Origin: Octopus bimaculoides
Lineage: Eukaryota
Assembly: GCF_001194135.2 (NCBI RefSeq)
Contig: NC_069003.1
Coordinates: 17,569,991-17,633,990, forward strand
Direction of reading: 5' to 3'
DNA: 64,000 bases
In this document: positions 48,540-61,340 of the stretch, piece by piece
Position numbering within the stretch: the first letter of the stretch is position 1
Layout of the letters: the number at the start of each line of letters is the position of its first letter
Made by a program: the position numbers and the translations under genes
The notes under the pieces: generated by a model
Database searches by the model: none
What the model was told of the DNA's origin: nothing
Seen by the model: the letters and a program-made list of their open reading frames with translations, nothing else

Positions 48540-51000
48540 AACCAAGAATGAATATTTGAAGGAACTCATACGTAGAATAAGATGGAAGACATACCATTTC
48601 GACAAAAAAACTTGAAGAATATAATGAAAAAATGAATTTAGAAACAATGAAACAGAACTGATAAAGAAATATTTTAAAATGAGAAGATACCCACCACCTA
48701 ATAGACATCTAAATGGTTTTGAAGAAGATATATGGGATACAGTAAAGAACATTAAATTCATTAGACACCCTCTTAAGAATGAACATTTGAGGAAATTAAG
48801 ATCCATAATCTTGGATTTAAAATCCAAAGAAGGTATTTTAGTTCACTAGGATAAAACTGGAAACATTTGCCACTTAAATATTAATTTATATCATGAGGCG
48901 ATTGATTTAACAAAATTGAGAACAAAGATAAATGCAAATTTTTGCAGGTCAACATCAATGATTACTACTCATCCATTAACCCAATGATTCTAAACAATGT
49001 ACTATTGACTATGAAAACAATAAAAGTTACATTAACAGCCAGAAAAGCAATTATAAATTTTGATAACAAATCATGAGCTAGAAAGGACACACCAGACTGT
49101 TTTGATATAGCTATGGGAGCTATTGATTCTGCCCAGGAGACTATTTTGGTTGGAATATACATTTTACATAAGTTTAATAGTGAATTTCCAGAAACAGGGG
49201 TGGTTTATATAGGGATGATGCACTGTTTATCATAAAAAATCCATCCAATAAAAAATTAGTTATATAAGAAAAAATTGCATCAGTTCTTCAAAAGATTTGG
49301 CCTAAATATTTCAATTGAAAGGAAGCACAATTCTGTAAATTTTTCGAATGTGAATTTTAACCTAAATACAGGTAAATATGTGCCTTACCAGAAACCGAAT
49401 TCTAAAATAAAATATTAATATTAAAAGTGATCATCCAAAGTCCATTACTAAATGTTTAGTTAAAAATATAGAAAAAAGAATTAATTACCTCTCTTATGAG
49501 ATTTTTGATGAAAATAAAGAATTATACAATTAAAAAAAATTTTTTTTTACTCTAGGCACAAGGCCCAAAATTTTGGAGGAAGGGCCAGTCGATTAGATCA
49601 ACCCCAGTATGAAACTGGTACTTAATTTAACAACTCCGAAAGGATGAAAGGCAAAGTCGATCTTGGCAGGATTTGAACTCAGAATGTAAAGACATGAAAT
49701 ACCGCTAAGCATTCCGCCTGGCGTGCTAACATTTCTGCCAGCTCACTGCCAAGAGTTATAAAATATTGCATTGGAAAAGGCAGGATATAAACAGAAAATT
49801 AAATACAATATACATATTGTTAATAACATGAGTATAGACCAAAGAGAAGAAAATCTACTAATGTTAATATAAAAAAAACCCTAGGATTAAGGGTAAAATA
49901 AATAATAAGAATAAAGAAGAAATAGATTATGGAAGACACAGTAGAAATAGAGTGAGTAAAAATAACCCAAATCAAAACAGAGTAGTAAACATAAATAAAA
50001 CAGGCCAAAATACTAATGTTTATCAATATAACAATAATAAAAATGTAAACCTAGATATATTACACATCAAACCTAATAAAAGAAGCGCTAATAATGATAT
50101 ACATGGGAAAGATAAAAATAATGTAAAGATCAATATCTTGAAATCTAATGTTAATAATCATAATAAAAATGGAAATTATAGTACTAAAAAGAATAAAAAC
50201 AGAAAATATATACCCTGTATAGAATCCACCAAAACAAAAACTTGGAATTACCATACTAATAATGAAATAAATGAAAATATTATTTGGCTAATCTTACCCT
50301 TTGCTAAACAAATTAAGACTAAGTTAATCAAACATATACGTAGACTGATAAACAGGCACTTCACTTGTAATAAATATAGTGAAATTATTTATCATTAATT
50401 TTTAAGATATGGTTTTTCAGTAACTAGAAACATATTTAGATATATATCTTTTATTAATAATGCAAAATTTGATCATTTAGCATGCATTATATATCTACCA
50501 CGAGTAATTCTCATAATTTTAGCTTGAACTATCAAGGGGAAATAACTACCAAAAATCCACCTACTTTAGTGAATTCCAAAGATAATCTTAATAAATTTTG
50601 CGATTGTAAGATTAAAGAAAAATGCAAATTTAATAATCTGGTATACAAAGCTATTGTTGAAGCAGAAGAGTCACTACTATATTGGTTCGACAGAATGTTT
50701 TGTGAAAACCAGAATTTCAAACCATGAGAATTCTTTTAGAAATGGAATAAAATGGAATACTACAAGCTTTAGCAAATTCATTTGGAAATTAAAAGATAGC
50801 AATATTAGTTTCAAAATAAGGTGGAAAATATTAACTGCTGCAAAATCTTACCATTCTCCAGACAGAATATGTTCCTTATGTGCAACAGAAAGCCATAATA
50901 TTCTATTCTCCAAAAAAACAATTATTGAATGAGAGGACTGAGGTTTTGGCCTGTCTACATGCACCAAAATACCTATTTTCCAAATATCAGTAATCGATTC
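48540..51000 (+). mobile_element. Penelope-like element (RT, Asn-rich linker, GIY-YIG), decayed, inside the U12 intron
   Basis: PP...L.GFEED, DKTGN, YIGDD, IIW..LPF, YYIGSTE..VKTRISNH.NSF...SKFIWKLKD...IRWKIL and CSLC motifs. Confidence 0.8.
49531..49750 (-). mobile_element. SINE family C inserted in the PLE
   Basis: 14-bp TSD-like flanks AAGAATTATACAAT / AAGAGTTATAAAAT. Confidence 0.75.
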
Positions 51001-51388
51001 CTAAATTATTATTATTAAATAGTAGATTGGATAAGTTCTATAATAACAATAAAAATTTTTGTTTTATTTTATAGTATTGTTAAATTATAAACTAAATATA
51101 TTGGTAAATATCTGAATTACATATATCCTCTGAGAATTATTAAATATTCCGTTAAATTATTATTATAAAATATAAATAGATATACTGATATATATCTGAT
51201 TAGGTTAATGCATTGTTATATTATAGATATTATGATGTAATATATTCAATTATTAGACATTTTGGCATATTAATACCTTAATATTTAATATGTCTTTCTG
51301 GATACACACGCAACACATACATTAGATATTTTACCTTAATACACAAAACTATAACTTAAACATAACACACACATATATNNNNNNNNNN

Positions 51389-51422
<34 letters not shown>

Positions 51423-52184
51423 CATAAATAATCATTCATTTCATTTTATATGACTTTCTACCTTTATATACATATATTGTAACTTTACCATATTACTGCT
51501 TATAAACATTTAATATATATAAGTTAGATTAACTTATTTTATTTTACTTAATTGTATCCAGTTGTATTACAGAACAGATATATTTATTATAAATAAATAA
51601 TATAAGTAAATATTAAACCTTTAACAGTTATATAAATAATTTTTATATTAACTCCAATAAGATATTTGAAGGAACAGGTCTATAAAATATTCTGTTGGCC
51701 TTTTTCTTTAACTAAACATGAATCAATGATGTAATACACATTGTACTTAGCAGATAGATACATAATACACATTTTCTAGGTATATAAATAAATGAACTGA
51801 TAGATATGTAATCTAAGATTTCTATATATTCTATTATAATATAAAATAAAGATTATTATTTTATCTTAATTTTTAATTTATTCTGTTTATCCCATTTTAC
51901 TTTATTTTGTTTTCGTTTTTACCCCCTTTTAGGACAAATACTGAATTATATACTTAGTATATTTAACTGATGCTTAAACATAAATATATGTATATAAGAA
52001 AATATATACACTTACTGTATACATGTGTATATATATTAACTTGAATAATATATCTATTAATGGATAGAATATTCAAATTTGAGTAGATACTAACACATAT
52101 ACAAACAATTAAATTTGATTAAATATGATTTGATGAACATGTATACATGGATATTTACTAGTACCCACTAGCAAGCCAATGAAA

Positions 52185-52845
52185 ATTATATATAAGCAAT
52201 CAATATTTGATTCTCACGATCAGCCGACCTGATTCTGCATTTCCCTACTCACAGTTTTGAACTGCTAAACATTATTATTGCACTTCCTTAATTTGAATCT
52301 TAAACATTAAGGACTTCATTCATACATTTCTATACATACATACTCTTTTGAATGCCCATTACTCCGATAATTCTGCATTTTTACAGTTACACTTTTTCCA
52401 TGACAGTAGATAAATTTTTTTTATTCCACAACGTATTTGTAGTGGCTTCATGCAGGCAGAGCGTGGATTCAATCCTCGATTGCCAAATTTCATTTAACAC
52501 TTCAACAGCGCTTTTCTCACAGTAAAACAATAGTTTTTCTGTGAATCACAGCAGTTATACATTTCCCAGATGCCTACGCTTAGCAGAATGCCTTTGCCAC
52601 TTGACCCTTCTAACCTCTTCTCGGCTATCAAGGGCTGGAATAGAGATAACAGACCTCCAACGAAATCATTTGTTCTCAACAATATGTCTATCCTTCTGGC
52701 TGCTTTTCGATAGTTGTAAAAACAAGAACTCCGTAAGCTAAAGGCAGTTACTGAGAGCAACCATCAGTGAGTGTGTACGTTATTGTTGCACTTTCTTCAT
52801 TTCATTCTTAAACATTAAACACTTCATTCATATACTTATATACAT
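52185..52845 (-). mobile_element. Second copy of the Helitron-like repeat
   Basis: 52200-52380 is the reverse complement of 24850-25030 / 25600-25700. Confidence 0.5.
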
Positions 52846-54296
52846 GTATATATTACCTTTAATAAATTAGCCTCCATAAAATTCACCTTCAAAATGCCAC
52901 GCTGAGTCAGAGTACTTTCTCACCAACTTAAGAAAACCTCCCTCGCCAACCTCCAACAATCTCTCCCTCCTCCAGCTGAGAGTTTTTTGTACTTTTTCAT
53001 GACGGAAAATACACCTTTTGTGGCAGTTATAATGAAATTGCTTTCTTATATCAGAGTAATAAGGCGTTTCAATAGAACATCTTTACCTTCAGGAATTACT
53101 GGGTACACCAGCTAGTATATATATTGTTTGTTTTTATGTTCAATTATAATAACAATAATTCACATTTATCTGATGGGTTACTTACTCTATATTTTTGTAG
53201 AGTACAAATTTATTATTCTTATGCAGGGATGTTGTTGACAGGGACTTCAAAGTTTTGTCCAACGAAGCTATCATCAGACTGCAGTCTGACAATTACTTAG
53301 CTGGCTGAAACTTTGAAGTTACTGCCAACAACTTATATATATATAAATACACACACAAGCACTTGCATTCATGCTGGTGCCACATAAAAAGCACCCAGTA
53401 CACTCTGTGGAGTGGTTGGCATTAGGAAGGGCATCATCATCATCATCATCGTCGTTTAACATCTGCCTTCTATGCTGACATGGGTTGGACAGTTTGACAG
53501 AAGCTGGCTAGGCAGGGGCTTGCACCAGACCTGTGTCTATTTTGGCAGTTGCTACAGTTGGATGCTCTTCCAAATGCTAACCACTTTATAGTGTGGACTG
53601 GATGCTTTTTGCATGGCACCAACACTGGCAGGGTCACCAAGTAACTTGCAAAACAATGATCCTTTGGGAGGAGAGGGGCTTTGGAGGAGGTAATCTTGTG
53701 TCAGATGATGAAAGGTTCAAATGTAACAGAGAGGCAGAAACAAGTGTCTTGCTGTAGCAGAGAGTGAATGAGAGTGAGAGAGAGAGAGAGAGTGAGTGAG
53801 TGAATGATCAAGAATAAGGACAGAAACAGGTGTGCTGCTGTAAAGGAGATACAGGGCAATCCAGTCTGAGGGAAGAGAAAGAGAGAGAGTGGGAGACAGA
53901 GTGCAGAGTCTGGCCTTACCATTTCCAGTTAAATCGTCCAACTCATGCCAGCATGGAAAATGGACATTAAATGACGATGATTCACATGTGTGTGTGTGAT
54001 ACGTGCATACACACACACAAAGCTATTTATCTGAACAGGATAATAACATGCAGCAGGTTATCTTCCCCTATCCCCACAACCACCTCCAGACAAATGCAGA
54101 ATTAAAATATTTTACTTTTACCAATGAACTAGTAAAGCAAGCAATTACCTGCAGCAGGATGTGAACCTACAACCATCTATTTCCCCAGGAATCCAACACC
54201 ATTCCAACAGTAGCTTCCCAGTCGAGGTAACAGAAACATGGAAGACTTGGTGATGATGATGATGATGATAATAATAATAACAACAATAATAATAAT

Positions 54297-54870
54297 AAAA
54301 TGCCCTGATGCAGTACCAGGCAGTTGTTCTCATGGTTTCTGATCTTAACTGATTAGAAGTGTTATCATGTACATGTTTTGTCTTGGTATAAAAGATGGGC
54401 TTCAGCAAATATTCTGCTCAATACCACAGATTTGCTTGTCCGTTGCTTGACCGTAACCAGTTGAGCATGTCCCTTAGTGGCTGACGATATTGGCATCTCT
54501 GATCATGGGCAGAAGTAATGGGGGAGCATCATAGCCATGTGTTGAGAGGAATTCTTTGGGGTTTAGATAATTCACTTTTGGAAATATGGGTGTTTTGTTC
54601 AACATCCTTAAACAACCCTTCTTCAGAGACCTTTTGAGCAGGATGGGCTACTTGACCTGAAGAAAATTCAAATTGGGCCCCACCTGCAAGGTCATGCACT
54701 GTTTATCTTGATATGAGATTACCATCTTGCACACATATAGTTGTGATGCATGCACCTGGTGTACCCTTATCAGAGGGGTAGTCATGATAGGTATACTGGG
54801 CTTCGTATATTTTATCCCAGTGTCACATTGATGGCATGCACTGCTCTCTCACTCAATAGTAATAATAGTT
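54297..54870. repeat. Unclassified interspersed repeat of about 570 bp bounded by (AAT)n
   Basis: Partial second copy at 17985-18160; no ORF. Confidence 0.55.
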
Positions 54871-55839
54871 TCTATTGAAAGGTACTACTATAAAACAGAC
54901 ACAATTCTTAAACACCACCACCCCTACCTCTGCTGCCACTACTACCACTACATCCTTCGCCACTGCCACTTGCCTGTTCTTTTCAAGATGATTCAGTCTC
55001 ACTTTTATACCTTTTAGTGTCTCAGGTTGTCGAGTGATCAATAACAAAGAATATGAGAACAAAATGTAGGAGGAAGTAGTTCTTGGTAGCAGCAGTGAGG
55101 ATAGCAGAGAGAAACCAAAATACAAAAAAAAAAAGAAAAGAAAAGAAAAAAAAATAGAAAAAAATATCAAATGATGTTATCAGATAGACCGAAATTCTGC
55201 AGGTGGAGAATACAAGAACCACCATCAAAAGTTAACACTAACAGTAAACTTCTTACAGAAACGTTTCTTATCTGTGAAGCAAGTTACTTGCCTCCACCAC
55301 ACCCACCACCCCACATGATATTAACATTCTCTTGCTGAAGGTACTAAAGTACACCAAAACATAGAATATTATGAGGATTTGGAATCAGTCCAGGATTCCA
55401 GCTAAAGATTTTAGATTTGAACAAAAAAATGCGTAACTGCTGAGATTTTATTCTAATCTTGTTTACAGGTGGTCAGTTGGTCAATCAGTCAGTTGATTGG
55501 TCAATTGCTTGTTGGTTGGTCAGTCAGCAGATTGGTTGTTTAAGGCAAGTCAGCTCAGGCCAAGAAGCAAACCAATGATCATAAACATTCCAGCCACAAC
55601 CAACCAATCCATTCATTCAGCTGTGTGTATGTGTGTGCGTGCATATGTGCATGTGTTTTCTAAGACAGTAGGAAGAGATTTCAGGGTGGTTTGTCTGCAA
55701 TTTCTTACAGGTCGTCTGACTTTATAGACTTCTTTGCTTGTCATGCACACTACTATATTCATAAATTACCAAAGCACACTTATCAAATTTTTAAGGAATT
55801 TGATCAATTGAAGAAACATTTTTTATTAATGTATAAATA

Positions 55840-56450
55840 CTTGAAATTATTCAGTGAATTGAGTTGAAAAAGTTGAGTCAAACAAATCAACTCCAGTACT
55901 TATTTTTAAAGGCTAGTAGTTATTCTAACAGTCTCTTTTGCCTAATGGCTAGGTTATGAGGGGGTGTAAACAAACCAACACTGCTGTCAAACAGTGATGG
56001 GGGGACAAACACATACATAAAGACACATACACATAGACATATACATATATATACACAAGAAGCTTCTTTCAATTTCCATCTACCAAATCCATTCGCAATG
56101 CTTTTGTTGCCTAAAGTTACAGAAGATACTTGCTCATGGTGTCATGCAATGAGACTGAATCAGGAACCATTTGGTTACAAAGCAAGCTTCTTATTTCTTT
56201 ATTGCCCACAAGGGGCTAAACATAGAGGGGACAAACAAGGACAGACAAAGGGATTACGTACATTACATTGACCCCAGTGTGTAACTGGTACTTAATTTAT
56301 CGACCCTGAAAGGATGAAAGGCAAAGTTGACCTCGGCGGAATTTGAACTCAGAACGTAACGGCAGATGAAATACCACTAAGTATTTCGTCCAGCGTGCTA
56401 ACGTTTCTGCCAGCTTACAAAGCAAGCTTCTTACCACACAGCTGCACCTT
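55840..56450 (-). mobile_element. SINE family A containing a SINE family C insertion (56194-56414)
   Basis: Perfect 19-bp TSD TTACAAAGCAAGCTTCTTA at 56175-56193 and 56415-56433. Confidence 0.85.
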
Positions 56451-56461
56451 TATATATAATT

Positions 56462-58400
56462 TATCTCTTGGTGCTGAACCGCATCTGAAACCCCGAGATG
56501 TAGGAATCAAGCATTTCACATATTGCTCCTGGTACATGATACATCTGGAGTGCTAGTTGAATCATCTGATAAGGCACAGAACCATACTCGTTTGCTAAAT
56601 CTAACCAGACTACATCAAGGTCAGTCTTATTCTCTCTTGCCTTCTGAATAGCTTTCCAGATCATGCTCCATGTTCAAGGCATCCAGCTATCCCTAGCACA
56701 CCGCCCTTCTGAAACCCCGAGATACACAATTACCTGGGCTAGATTGGAGGTTAGAACAGGGATCGGTTGTGCAGTGTCACTAATACTCTTCATGATGGCG
56801 ATGCAGGTACTTCTCAGGGCAGTAAAAAAACAAAGCAAGTGCAGCAGACCTTGGTGGTGGATGTAAGATGCCACCTCTGAAAACCTACATTTATGGCACT
56901 ACTATCATTGCATCAAAAGAGTTATAAACCTGGAATCTGCTCAACCAACCAGACGAGATGATGGTCTGGTGCAGAATGACTTTCAAACCCCCAAAATTTA
57001 GGAGCCTCTTCCTAAGGAAAGGGAAAATGAAAGAAGATATTAGCTTTGAAGTTGGTGGCCAAATGATTCCCACTGTATCAGAGTAGTCAGTGAAAAGTCT
57101 TGAAAGATGGTATGACAAGACCTTGAAAGATGCCAACCAGGTGAAGGAAACCGCCATGACAGTAGATGAGGGTCTACTCAAGATTGACAAGCATCCTATA
57201 CCCATCAAATACAAGGTCTGGTCTCTTCAACATACGCTGATACCAATGTTGCTATGGCTCCTGCTAGTGTATGAAATTCCAACTTCAACAGTGGAAGCAA
57301 TGGAGGCAAAAATAGGTACATTAGCAAGTGACTTGGTGTACACCTGAGTCTGAATGATGTTGGTCTCTACTGCAAGAGGGCAAAACTGAGACTGCCTCTC
57401 AAGCCTTTAGTTAAAGAGATCATGGCGGGGAAAGCAAAACTGGCATGGTTAGATCGGTTTGGCCAAGCCTGAAGACAGGAAGGAAGTGGAAAGTCATGGA
57501 TGCAATTGATGATGCTGAAAAGAATCTCAAAACCAAAGAGATGATGGGAGCTACCCAGACAAGAAGGCAAGGATTGGGCACTACCAATGTGCAGAGGTGG
57601 TCAAAAGCAACAGGCAAAGTCCAAAGGGATCTTGTTATTCATGAGGTTAGAAGTGAAGAGGAAAGAAACAGGTATGTGAAAGATAACCAACAATCTCAGC
57701 AGGGACGATAGACAACCTGGGATGCTGCAATGCAGAAATCTCTCACATGGAACGATGTGTGGCACATTGTGGCGATTGAGTTTCATAATAAGAGCAACAT
57801 ACAACCTGCTTCCATTAAAAACCAATAAGTCCCCTGTGCAAGGAAAACCCCAGTCAATGGACCATGTCCTAAGTTCCTGCAAGACAGCTCTTGCTGACAG
57901 CAGATACACATGGAGGCACAACAGAGTGCTGAAAGAATTGACCTCTTCAATCTGGGACCAAATGCAGTGCGACACAGCCAAATCAAAAGAGGCCTTAGTA
58001 ACCAAAGAAGGAAAAAAGTGGGCTGGAGCGAAGATAACTGGATATGAATTTGTGGCAGGAGGGAACCTACTTGGATGTGAGAGTTCCTGGAAAATAGCTG
58101 CAGACATCGGTGAGAAGCGCAAGAACTACCCAGAGTTCATCACCAAGAAAGGCTTGCGACCAGGCATTGCCTTATTGTCTGAACAGAGTGCCAAAGTGAA
58201 TTGAATTGTCAGTACCATACAAGAGCCGCATAGAAGAGCAACACTAAGATGAGCAAATATGGTGAGCTGGCAAAACAGATAAGGAGAGCAGGTTACCATT
58301 GTACTGTGATGCCAGTTGAAGTTGGAGACAGGATTTTGGAAAGCAGCCGGAGGACACCTAGGAGTCATGACTTGGGTGGGCCTGGCTCCCATAAAGTGTC
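56462..58400 (+). mobile_element. HERO-like RLE non-LTR retrotransposon with an inverted 5' segment
   Basis: VVWLDLANEYGSVP on the minus strand (56462-56692); GCAVSLILF, HVLSSCKTAL..RYTWRHNRVL, RPGI and PVEVG on the plus strand. Confidence 0.8.
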
Positions 58401-58504
58401 AGGAATAAGGGCTGAAACACTTGTTGGATGGGAGTTCTTCCTCTGAAGATCTCTCCTGCTGTGCGCTCGCCTTGCAGCAAGTTTCTGTTATACACACCAA
58501 CACA

Positions 58505-58715
58505 TAAGGTGGTGAACTGGCAGAGTCATTAGGACACCAGACAAAGTGTTTAGCATCATTTCATCTGTCTTAATGTTGAGTTTAAAGTCTGGCAAGGCTG
58601 GCCTTGCCTTTCATCTTTTTGATGTCAATAAAATAAGTAGCAGATGAGCACTGGGGATGATGTAATCATCTTACTCCTGCTCCAAAATTGCTGACCTTCT
58701 TCCAAAAATTGAAAC
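58505..58715 (+). mobile_element. SINE family C
   Basis: Head GGTGGTGAACTGGCAGAGTCATTAG. Confidence 0.6.
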
Positions 58716-58814
58716 CAATATCATACCAACACATGTTACCCACCAACTAAACCAAATTAAATTCAACAACTAAAAGTCTGAAAACAAGCATAGATGCTGA
58801 GGAAATTTTCTTGG

Positions 58815-59195
58815 CACAGGCATGGCTGTGTGGTAAGAAGTTAGCTTCCCAACCACATAGTTCCAGGTTCGGTCCCACTGCATGAATCTTGGGCAAGTGT
58901 CTTTTACTATAGCCTTAGGCCAACCAAAGCCTTGCAAGTAGATTTGGTAGGTGGTAACTGAAATATGCTCATCGTGTGTGTGTGTGTGTGTGTTTGTCCC
59001 CCACCATTGCTTGACAACCAGTGTTGGTGTGTTTATGTTCCTATAATTTAGTGGTTCAGCACAAGAAACTGACAAAATAAGTACCAGGCTTTAAAAAAAT
59101 AAGTACTGGGGTTGATTCATTCAGCTAAAATTCTTCAAGATAATGCCCCAGCATGGTCACAGTAAAATGACTGAAGTAGGAGAAAAGGATGAACA
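58815..59195 (+). mobile_element. SINE family A ending about 25 nt from the U12 donor
   Basis: Complete head, body and tail. Confidence 0.75.
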
Positions 59196-59212
59196 AATAA
59201 ATAAAACAATAA

Positions 59213-59221
59213 AAAGGATAT
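59213..59221 (-). promoter_or_regulatory. U12 5' splice site ATATCCTTT
   Basis: Exact match to the RTATCCTTT consensus directly after exon A. Confidence 0.9.
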
Positions 59222-59261
59222 GAATCTCTCATTTGGTGAAGTTCATCAAGGGCTTCAGGTG
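59222..59261 (-). CDS. PLCL: PLC-like exon A (40 nt, PH-EF linker: (A)PEALDELHQMRD(S))
   Basis: Acceptor tatttatag|CA. Ends GATTC|ATATCCTTT, a U12 donor. Phase 1 in, phase 2 out; completes a TC|A Ser codon with exon B. Confidence 0.85.
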
Positions 59262-59399
59262 CTATAAATATAAATGGAAAACAAAAAAAAAACATAGAAG
59301 ACATTTTCATGTTCAAAGACAATGACTACAAAGATGGAAATTTGAGATGTTAGAAGAATAACAACAGAATCAACAATAACAACAACAATAATAATGTGC

Positions 59400-59645
59400 A
59401 ATTGGCACTCCATTGGTTACAACAAAGAGTGTTTCAGTTGACCTGATCAACAGAACAACCAGCTCGTGAAATTAACATGCAAGTGGCTGAGTATTCCATA
59501 GACATGTGTACCCTTAATGTAGTTCTCAGAGAGATTCAACATGAAACAGAATGTGACAAGGCTGGCCCTTTGAAATACAGATACTGCTCATTTTTGCCAG
59601 CTTAGTGGACTGGAGCAACATAAAATAGTGTCTTGCTCAAGGTAC
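59400..59645 (-). mobile_element. SINE family B (body)
   Basis: Matches 4490-4630. Confidence 0.55.
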
Positions 59646-59845
59646 TCATGCCAATGATACACAAAAGGTACCTGTATCAGTGACATGTAAAAGACACTCA
59701 TACTGGTGACATGTAAAAGACACCCAGTACACTCTCAGGAATGGTTGACATTAGGAAGAGCATCCAGACTTAGAAACCAAGCTAAAACAGACTAGACCCT
59801 GGTGCAGCTCTCTGGTTTACCAGTTCCAGTCAAACTGTCTAACCC

Positions 59846-60093
59846 AGTTGAGAAACTCTCAACCATTTTTTGCCTATGGACCCATTTGATTCCTATTTTG
59901 CTCAGTTGGACCTTTCAAGACATTCAATGTTTAAAAAATCCAATTATATTTTCTTAATTAAATATCATTAGGAATTGTCTTATGGAAGTTGTTAAAATAT
60001 TTAGTGTATTGTAGAAGGATAAGCAGTTTGTTGCTTAACAAAATCTGATACGGATCCCCAAGGACCATATGGACTCCGGTTGAGAAATAATGG
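59846..60093. mobile_element. hAT-type MITE inserted in an RTE tail
   Basis: 8-bp TSD TCTAACCC (59838-59845, 60094-60101); CTCAACC / GGTTGAG subterminal inverted motifs. Confidence 0.7.
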
Positions 60094-60465
60094 TCTAACC
60101 CATGCCAACATGGAAAATGGACACTAAATGATGATGATGATGATGAATTCCTTCCCACTTCATGTTCCTTTTTGCATTATCTTTGAATCTCAGTCTAGGT
60201 CTTTCAGTTTCTTTTTCCCTTGCATAGTTGGGAGTAAAAGGTTTGTCTGGAGAGTCTGTTGTCCATCCTATGCACAATCAATGTAAATTTCTATCAATGA
60301 GGATTTCTATCAGGAGACAGACCAACATACCACAGGATCTATTTGTTCCTGATCTTGTCTAATAGAGTGATATTCATAATTGATTGCAGCTGTCTCAGCT
60401 GTAAAATGTGTATAATGTGCAAAATGTGACTGGTGAATATTAATTATATCAAACCCTAAACCTAC

Positions 60466-60510
60466 CAATGAAACGATGGAAAAGTACACTCAACATCAGT
60501 GTGACTGAAG
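60466..60510 (-). CDS. Candidate additional or alternative PLC-like exon (45 nt, phase 1-1; SVTLMLSVLFHRFI)
   Basis: tatttttcacatccttag acceptor and TTG|gtaggt donor, stop-free and in frame with exon A. No recognisable PLC homology. Confidence 0.25.
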
Positions 60511-61340
60511 CTAAGGATGTGAAAAATAGTGTAATGCCTTAACCAGTATTTAATTAAGTATTTGAATAAATTAGCTTGGATACATTTCTAACAATGTTCA
60601 CTGTACACCCTCCAACACCACCACCATCACTGTCAGAATTAATTTTGCCTTTCATTCTGGAAGGACGAAAGACAAGATTGATTCTGGCAGGGTTTGAACT
60701 TGTGAAATAAAATACAAAATTCAAATGAAAAATACAAAATTAATAAACAAATCAAAATCAAAAAGACAGAAAGAAAGAAAGCAAGATAGCAAGGCTGATA
60801 TATATATATATATATATAATTTTGCTTAAAAGAGTTCCAACACTGTCTGTTTTTTATGTTTTATTTATATTCCTGCAGAACTAATGTGGGGTATAGAATA
60901 TGGAATATACAATATATAATATGATATACAATATACAATATAAAATAAAATAAAATAAAATAAAAAAAATAAAAATGGATGGCACTATGAAAGAAAGTAT
61001 TGAATGTAGATGAAATATTGAGTGTTCAATATNNNNNNNNNNNNNNNNNNNNNNNNNNNNNNNNNNNNNNNNNNNNNNNNNNNNNNNNNNNNNNNNNNNN
61101 NNNNNNNNNNNNNNNNNNNNNNNNNNNNNNNNNNNNNNNNNNNNNNNNNNNNNNNNNNNNNNNNNNNNNNNNNNNNNNNNNNNNNNNNNNNNNNNNNNNN
61201 NNNNNNNNNNNNNNNNNNNNNNNNNNNNNNNNNNNNNNNNNNNNNNNNNNNNNNNNNNNNNNNNNNNNNNNNNNNNNNNNNNNNNNNNNNNNNNNNNNNN
61301 NNNNNNNNNNNNNNNNNNNNNNNNNNNNNNNNNNNNNNNN

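Larger units (their letters stand above)
47922..59221 (-). other. U12-type (minor spliceosome) AT-AC intron, 11,300 nt, phase 2
   Basis: 5' end ATATCCTTTT. Branch site TCCTTAAC at 47938-47931. 3' end TGTTCAAAC. The join gives in-frame MRDS-WLQEMF. Confidence 0.9.
9943..59261 (-). other. PLCL: Span of a multi-exon phospholipase C-like (PLCL/PRIP lineage) gene, partial; nine coding exons in the window
   Basis: The exons join in frame without stops: (A)[312 protein letters not shown]. The motifs TRPEIYFLLV and EGRxKGxLxIDGF match PLCL1/2 as I recall them. Confidence 0.92.

Noticed and set aside
49952-50398. 148-aa Asn-rich ORF as a host gene
   Set aside because: It runs into the PLE IIW..PF motif and sits between RT and GIY-YIG relics.
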